A stretch of DNA of 61,239 nucleotides, filler included, from Platydemus manokwari (lineage: Eukaryota): NCBI GenBank assembly GCA_037951405.1. It is 6 parts of 6 records of this genome, joined end to end, with 100 filler letters (N's around TTAATTAATTAA, not from the genome) between each part and the next. Parts side by side here need not be neighbours in the genome. Positions count along the whole stretch, not along the records: positions 51,752 to 61,239 come from JBBMOY011241985.1; 5 more parts are not named here. One strand, given 5' to 3'. Numbering within the stretch: position 1 is the first letter of the stretch; each line of letters begins with the position of its first letter. Below are positions 52,761-61,239 of this stretch, piece after piece. Position numbers and translations under genes: made by a program. The notes beneath the pieces are model-generated. The model had not been told where the DNA came from. It was given only the letters and a program-made list of their open reading frames with translations, and ran no database searches.

Positions 52761-55700
52761 AGCCATATTTATAATAAATCACAATAAAAACTAGGAGTTG
52801 AATTAATAATTTTTAAGAAAAAGGTTAAAATTTGGAAATAATAATAATAGTAATAATAATAATAACAATGATAATAATTTTAATTTTAACTCAATATTTT
52901 ATGCAAAATTTAAGAATAAACAGGACATAAATAATAAATTAATCCGGCATTTTAAAATGACAATCCATTGACAATTTTGTTACGTTTAGGAGTTTTTGGT
53001 TTATTTTAATTTATCATTATTTAATTTGGTTAATCAATGTATACGTCTTCATCAGTCTAAAGAATCAGTCTGACCTTCAAGTAGTATTTAGATCTTATTT
53101 TAATGTTGTTCCTTCTCCTCAGCGTTCTGAACTTATATGGAGATAAGTGGAACGGTGTAGATAATGATTTATTTAACTCAAACCTTATCAATGGTCATAT
53201 TATTGTCTCAACGATGTTATTGATTTTACTATAAGTTTCAATTGATTTAATAATGGAATAGAACAACTTCAAAGGGTGATGAATGATAATGGTATATTTA
53301 ATGTTGAATTTATAAATCATATAAAAGCTGAATGCTAAATGAATATCAAAACTAATTTTTAAGAACAAAATATGCATTAGAATTAAATGTTACAAATTTA
53401 ATACTTTTATGCAGTTATAATTTCAATGCTACTTATATACACGTAAACGTAAAAATTAATGTACAATTCAGGAAAGAAGATCTTGAACCAACAAGACCCT
53501 TCGTGATATTAGGTAAATGTCCTTTTCAGAATGGTTTTAGAGCTTTTTTTGCAAAGATTATAGGTGAAAAATACTCTTTCAGTACAAAGGTATTATACAG
53601 TGAATTTTATTATAAAATCTTCATTGAGTAGAGTGAATTTTTAGTTTGTTTACCAGTGACTTAACTGAATTCGTTCTAATTTTAATTTTATTTTTATTCG
53701 AAGAGACATTATTGATAGTCTTATTAACAAAATAACTGAAGATTTTGTCTAATGAATGTTGATGTCAGAAGTATTATCTGACCTTATAATTTAGGTAGGT
53801 AATCGTACTCGTCACTATGTTTCTCTCTTTAGGACTCCTAACGTAGCTTTATTAAATCAGATTTAGGTTTTAAAATTTACTTTCGTCGTAAGTGGTTTTA
53901 TTAACATGTTTACTCGCTCTGAGAGGCTTCAGAAACACATGTGGTGACAACATTACTAGAAAGTTCGCTTCTACAATCTATTTTATATAATGTTAACTAA
54001 TTGTTGAAAGAAGGATAATCTGTCCATTTGCAGTGAAATTGTGCTGACGCCAAAGGTATGGAATCATAAATTGCTGTGATTATTATATCGTAATTCGATT
54101 TATAGAGACCAATAAATAAAGTTTAATTTAGTACAAATCTCTTGAAAAGTGGAAATATTTATCAAAGATTAACAAAAACAATTTTGTAATTTGCTCTGCT
54201 CACTCATATAATGTTAAAAATAATTACCTAGGCAATATTAAAAGGTTAATATTTTTCTTGCTGCGGAGACTGCTCCTGACAAAAATTTGAGAATTTAAAA
54301 TGCTTGAAAATTGAAATATCGAGATTGAATTGAGGGGTTGAAGTTAAAATGAAAGAAACTTGGATATTGATTATTGTAGATTGGTTTTGAGACACTTGCC
54401 GTAGCGTGACAATTGTTTCGAGCATTACTGCCATTTTGAATGCACATTGTTGTGTATTTTAGATGCGTATTTCTTCAACGGTATGGTGATTTATCTTGGG
54501 AATTAAAGACTACACATCGACGATATTAGGTACTTTATTCACGACTCGATATCATTATACCTGTTAACCCTTCTATTTTATTTCTGTCCAATAACAACGT
54601 ATACTATATCTAACAAAATCATAACATTACAGACATACAAAAAACAAATCTCAAAAAAATTAGCATATATCAACTTCTCGAAATAATTCTCAGAAAACTT
54701 CTCAAAACTTCTATGAGTACATTGATTTATTATCTAGTAACGCCATTGATCGTAAATAGATTTTTCACGGTACAGTCTTGCCCTTGAAGAACAGTCACGT
54801 CGTTCAAAGTTAAAAGGTTCCCATTCCTCATTTTATTTGGGCTCAAGTCGCTTCAGTTAACCTCGAAATTGGTGTCTTATACTAAATTCTCCAGGTTACG
54901 AAAATTTAAACTCAGGACTTTGCACATTTGATATTAATATTTTAATTGGAAAACAAACATGTAGTTCCAACTTATTCTTAGTTTATAAAATTTATATTTA
55001 TACAAGTGATTAAAATGCACAATCTATAATTTGATAGGAATTAGATTGTTGGCAAGAATACAGCAGTAATCTAATTCTTCTTTCGCTTATATTTATACGC
55101 ATAACTAAGTCATAAAAACAAAACCCAATGGTTCCTTTATTTTCAATTAAATTTAAATTTAAACTCATTTATAGACTAGCTTTAATGATCAGGAGTTCAC
55201 ACGATTTAACTTATGTGGATCTTTATTAGAAAAAAACCGAAGACAATATTTTGTCCTGTCCATGACTCCATGAAGATCCAAATTAAGGTAATACACTGGT
55301 TTCTTTTACATTTTACTTTACTTGTATAGTGATGTTTTGGTTCATAGAAAATCTGAGATTTTTGCAATTTTATGAAATTTTATCAATAATATTAATGTTG
55401 AGCATTAAATTTCTTAATCCCGATCTAATAATTAGAAAGAAATAACTTAATAATATTTACAGAATAGTGCCTCCCATTATGGTTACCGCCAGATGTACCA
55501 TAATGAAATTAATGACAGACCAAATGTTTCCAAATTCAACTCTATATCCACTAGTTTTAAATGATTTGTTTTACTGAATCTCAAATATTTCCATTTCAAA
55601 ACAATTTAAAAATTAAAATATAAAAGTAAATATAAACAAAGCCAAATGAATAAATATGGCAATGCAAAGAATTGTATTGCTGCATTGGACGAGTAAAATA

Positions 55701-56999
55701 TGAAATTAAATTGATAGATATATGTATATAATAATGAGTTATTGTTCAAGCCAAATTGCTTCGTTGCATGAGTTTTATTTGTTTTATTGATGCAAGTTAA
55801 TTGTTGAAATCATTTGCCTAAAACATCATTGAAAACAAAAGCCAATGGAAAAATTGAACAAATAAATTCCTTTATATCATAAAATTGTGAATAGTTCATT
55901 ATTATTTTATATTTTCTTTAGGCTGATAAATGTTTTGGAGAGATAAGGGAAATAATTCTAAAATTATTATTAACAATTATTAGAAATTTTCACAAAAGAC
56001 AACAGAAAACAATGTTTTGATTTAAAATTGATGAATTTGAATACAAAAAAGAAAGAATAATAAAGCGGGTTATTATTAACCAATTATATTGAAGCCATGT
56101 TTAAATATTTGTTTTCGAAGTTTCTTTGAATATTTTCGATTTTTTGGAAAAGGGATTTTAAAATTTCAATTATTCATTTGAAATTGATGAACATTACCGA
56201 TTTGAATGGACTCGATAGTTTGAAATGAATTTTATAAAATTTAATGGATATGTTTTGTCGATGACTATTTTATAAACCCAACTTATAATAGTATCTATAT
56301 GATACAATTTCTATTTCAGGTTTCCACCAAAGTAATCACAGCACTTAAATAATTCCATAATTTATTACTTATTTACTCTTACACAAAAGTCAATCTAAAC
56401 AAGGATCTTCACGATGCAGAGAGATTCACTCACAAATGATTTAAATTTTTGCAATGTTTTGTATTGAAGGTTTCCTGTATTGTAAGAGAAATCTTTCTTC
56501 AATCCATTTGTCGCGAGCACTGTATATTGATGTTACCAAAGTAGTTGGTTGGTGTTGTTGGTTAGTATCTGTTAAGTCAGTACCGTAAAGCTGATAATGA
56601 GTTTTGAGATAAGATTGGTTGATATTTTTTATATAGACGTGTTTGGATTGAAGTAGAGTTTTGAAGTCAAGTTGTGTTGTTACGATCGTCACGGCTCAAT
56701 GGTAAGTTCTCTATGAAATTGTTATTCTTCCACATATATATGTATATAGCTGTCTCCAATAGATTAATTAGAGAAGCAACAGAAGCAGCATGATAGCTGA
56801 TTATTCAGTGATGAACCAAATTCGGTTGGGAATAGAAAAGTAGCTATCTGAATTAGATACTAATTATGAATTATGGTAATAGATAATGCTGTGTTGTTTT
56901 TGAAATTCCACTTTAGAGTAGGATTAAGAATTTTTAATTAGTTTACGGTGAATTAAATCCCTAAGCTGTGATCTATAATAAGTTATTAAGCAAAATATA

Positions 57000-58560
57000 A
57001 CTCAGCTCTTCACTATTTTGCACTACTCTATCAGAATCTACTTCTGGTAATCACTCTAATACACCTCAATATATACGGTAACTGTCCTATACAATGAGGT
57101 TAAACAATCATACAAAATCTGGTTACTCTAACTCTATGGATTTACAGGACACTCAAATTCAAATTCATTATTTATTACCCCCAACTCTTGTAAATGTCGT
57201 TGATTGTCTTGAAATGAGAATCGCAATCATATTATATAGAAACTTCTTCCATTTATCTGTTTCTTTGGTTCTTCATTTAGAAATATCATTTCTTAATACC
57301 TTAACTTATACCTTATGAGTGTGCTAATCGATTTTCCAAACTTCAATAACAATTGTGTGATAATATTATCTTTTTGGCTTAATTCAATTCCTTACTTGAT
57401 TCGAATATTCCCAGATAATTGTTTTAATTCTCTTATAGTTATTTCTTTTCACGATTTCCTTTTTGCTAATACTTGATAGTGCTGAATATATTTCAATAAT
57501 GACAACTTGCTCTAGTCTTTTTCCTTTCTTAATGTTGGCTTTACGAGTTTTCTTTGTTTCCTTCATCGTTTCCTTTCTGATTTAAAGAAAGCTTACAATG
57601 TTTATGTATTGTAATTGACATTCCATTGATTTTACCAAACAAACTAGAGTTGCTAGCCCAATGAAGAATCACAAATATTTATAATTTGACTGTGACAGCA
57701 TTACCCAACTTGTACGTCTTTTAATTCAATTTGTAGTCGAAAATTGTAACAACATTATTTATTGTTTACTTCTGTTTAAATATTGATTTACAGATTTTAA
57801 CATGTGCCATGAATTGTATTTTATCATCCTTCAAGCACTATTTGTGTATAGTTTATACTGTAAGAATTGTTTTCGTCCTCTACTCTTAATTTATTTGTGA
57901 TAAAAGTATCTTTACATACCATTGATTGTAACTCTACTGAATTATGTATAGGCTGAGTGGCTAGAAATGCTGGGTAACTATGTCTTCCATCATGCTATCT
58001 AAATACTTTAGACTGCACGATTTTCACTTTTGTAATTTGTTTCCTGTTAGACATTATATGGTTTTTTAGTGCTATTAATTTTCTTCAGTCAGGTTTCTGG
58101 ACGTTTTTCAAGAGTCATTCAACAATCAAAATATATTATAACTGTTATTTTAATAATTAATCTTATCGACATTCTAAACCTTCGTAGTCCTATATTAATT
58201 TTTAAAAATTCCTCATTTTTGGTTTGGTTTTCTTTTTCATTAATAAGTTCCAACCAAAATACCTGTCCATGTATGACTTGTTATGAAATTTTTGTTACGT
58301 TCGGGCCATATAGATTTATTTGTTTTACTAAGCTTAATCCTATTTGATACCACTACCATCTTAATCAGTCTCTAAGAGTTCTTGATTAAGGCCACAGATG
58401 TAATTTACCTTATAATGATGTTCCTTCACCTCACACAGCCTTATTGTGTGATGACAATAGGTGTGGCAGTAGCGATATATATTACTTATCTTAATTATCA
58501 GTCTCAAACTAAAAATCCTATTTTAAACTGTTAACTATGCTGATTACCACAATTACAAAT
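57000..58560 (-). mobile_element. Possible decayed LINE (L1/Tx1-like APE endonuclease region)
   Basis: Minus-strand INLYGPN (~58298-58320), a degenerate I-x-FLQET-like stretch (~58500-58520) and WE..QVR (~57395-57415); otherwise stop-riddled. Confidence 0.3.
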
Positions 58561-60590
58561 AATCACTTATGATTCTTATATAAATGAGAACTAAAATTTG
58601 TTGTTACAAATGTTTATTAATAATGACACCAATACACAAAATCCTGTTTAAACAATAATAAAATAAAATTACAAATGAGCTTAGAACTACATTATACATC
58701 AAATTACATTAATAAGAAAACCATACAACTTCCAGAATAAAGACGGTTAATTAACTGCACGCTCTTGCAGCAAAACCGGTTACCATCAAGATCTTTGAGC
58801 AACAAACTCTATAATACGAGATACAAGATACAGTATATAATATAGAAAAGTATTTTACAGGTACGACCTCATTTTAGGTCTTCCAGCAAATGTCGGGCAT
58901 ATACAGGAACAATTGAACTTCTGCACCAGATGATCTTCTTGAGTGCGTCGAATTTAAACGATGGTTCTTCTCCAATTGATGTAACATCAGATCAGTCGAG
59001 AAAATTGTTCAGCAAGAATAGATTGGGTACTAAATAATCCACTCTTCGTTTTGCTCCTACCTTTTTAATAGCTTTTATTCATTGTACGGTTCACCCGTAT
59101 AGTGAACCTTACCCTCTGGTTAAGTGAGCCGCACTTCGCCAGTTCTGTTTTTACATAATCACATTAAACCATCGTTGTAATTTTTTATTGTAGCTATTTG
59201 ATTGTTAATCATATTTTTCAGTTAAATTGTGGTATTGTTATTTATTATACTATTATCTATAATTAAATCGCAACCTACATACTTCACACGAAACACAACA
59301 GATTGCTTGGAGTCCGATCTGTACAACAGCGAGCACCCCAATAACCAATCTCATCACACATACACAACCAGTAATTAAAAAACCAATAATCTCTTCAGTT
59401 TCTTCCTTTCCATCTCATATAAGTTTCTTTCTTAGTTTTCTCTATAAATAGCAGTTCACTTATTCTTGTAAGTCTATTTATGTATTAACCTTTCCATTTT
59501 TTTGCAATTTTTGCAATATCCGTCATGTGTTGTTGATTTTAGCAGGCTTCTTGTTAGTTCTTGCACAACTATGCCAAAACATGCTAGACGCTTTTTATAG
59601 TAGAATACCTTCTAGTACAATTTTGCAAGAATAATCTATCAAATTGTCTGTAAATCAAATACCTCTTAATAATTACTTTCCTTATTAAAAAAAGCATGAA
59701 TACTACTTTTTACAGTTACTATTGGTACTGTTGTTTTCAGTTGTTTTTCCTGTATATAATTATATTGTTAAATTTTGGTCTAAAACTACTTTCATCAACA
59801 TCTTATGTTCAGTATTCAGAATGCAAAAAATGGTAAATGTATTTTATTCTGTTTAATGTTTATATTTTTTCATTTTTCGTCCCATTACATGACCGAACTC
59901 CGACTTCTGATCCTTATTTACTTTTAATATTTTTTATTGGAATTTACTTAAATATTTTATAAAAATTAGTAAATATTTTTGAAAATACATCGCTCAGATG
60001 ACGCTGTTGTATAATCTCATCCTTCTAAAACTATTTTTAGAAATATATTACTGATACAAATTCTTATTATTTAGTTCCTTCAAGAAACACCTGCAGAAGA
60101 ACCTGTTTCAAAACTTATCAATAATTCACATGAATAATTTCACTACTGATAGAAGTCATTATTTCTGAATTGGAGATGTCAAGAATGAACGAAAGCACTA
60201 ATTAACAAAATATTCAAAACAGAAATGGTACTCACAAATTCTCAAACACAGACTCAGAATCATTAATTAATATTCATGGATAGGAATAGCTTTCACAGAA
60301 TAAAATACGAATAAATTTATTTTTTTATTTCCAAAATTAAATTTTCGATATTCATTTGCAGAACAGTTTTTAGTTATTTTCCTTGAGGGAAATCATGTCG
60401 ATAAAAAAAGTAATTTTTTTGTCATTTAGAAATGAAATTATGCTCTTCCAAACATATTGAAAAATTACATGGAATAAAATCTAAATAAATTACAGCTATT
60501 CAACTAAAATTAAAATCAAATTTAAGTTTTAAAATATTGTGTTTAAATCAGTTATTACATAATCACCAGTTATTTTTACAAAATTCGAAG

Positions 60591-61115
60591 TAAGTTCAGA
60601 AAGGGGTCCATTGGCCTACTTTCATAATAATAAATTTTCGTGCATGGGATAATTTTATAACTTCATTTTATATATAATTGTGATGTTTGATTTATTCATA
60701 TAATTAAGTTAATATCTCACCTTTTAGAATGTCTAATATGAACAAAATATAGTTTTGAAATCAAGTTCTTATTCTAATCACAACACTTCTATATGATTGT
60801 TTGAGTTTTTAAATTTAAATTTTTTAATTATAAATCGAGTTAATTAATTACAGACATGTTTAATAATATCATTGTTTATTTTTATAAAATAATTGTAAAA
60901 ATTGAGAATATCTCTCAATTTACTTCTAATGTTTAAAAAGGGTCCTCGCTAATTTTCAATAAATTGCAATTCGACCTCCTCTTTTCATTTTTTCTAATAA
61001 TCAAATTTTAGGAATTTATAGAGCTCTAGTCTATTTAATATTTGATTTCAAAAAATTAAATTCTTCTTCTTAAGCACTTATATAAAAAATTCAAAATACT
61101 TTTAAAGAATATATT
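60591..61115 (+). repeat. Dispersed ~500-bp repeat, copy 2
   Basis: Colinear with 50342-50820. Confidence 0.85.
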
Positions 61116-61239
61116 GGGTCTATAACTTAATAACCGGAATTTGACACCAGATGTAAACACTTGTGTGTGTACTGTAGCAAATCATTAACATACACGTCAT
61201 TTTGAAGCTCTATTCATAAGCTATCAAAATCAGTCAACA

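Noticed and set aside
22200-61239. Most 60-110 aa ORFs in the supplied track (I/F/L/K/N-rich)
   Set aside because: Composition mirrors AT-rich non-coding DNA or antisense shadows; no motifs.
1-61239. CRISPR arrays, rRNA or operon-like prokaryotic systems
   Set aside because: No regularly spaced repeat-spacer array or rRNA seen; the sequence is eukaryotic with spliceosomal introns.

Overview
AT-rich (roughly 70-75% AT by eye) eukaryotic draft scaffold with six N-gaps; five are 100-bp gaps carrying an artificial TTAATTAATTAA linker. Tiny 38-60 nt GT-AG introns mixed with kb-sized ones, plus abundant mariners, suggest an invertebrate, possibly a planarian or other flatworm (inference only). Three spliced host genes lie on the minus strand: the central part of MIOS (GATOR2 subunit; 13 mapped exons, 11424-18950), a complete 9-exon, 300-aa DHHC palmitoyltransferase of the ZDHHC2/15/20 group (33107-39832), and the CH1/SH2 part of a Shc adaptor (43296-46407). 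The first ~7 kb is a mosaic of viral and mobile fossils: Polinton/Maverick minor and major capsid remnants, then a decayed Ty3/Gypsy element, then an Academ-like transposase remnant. The most interesting observation is in the Gypsy element. Between its three-zinc-knuckle gag and its protease/RT lies a ~2.1-kb cassette encoding one full and one partial ubiquitin-like domain followed by a signal-peptide-bearing chuvirus-type (AYDC) envelope glycoprotein. The rest of the window is intronic or intergenic DNA with mariner, hAT, Penelope-like and LINE debris, local duplications and hairpins. All family assignments come from motif recognition by eye, with no database searches.
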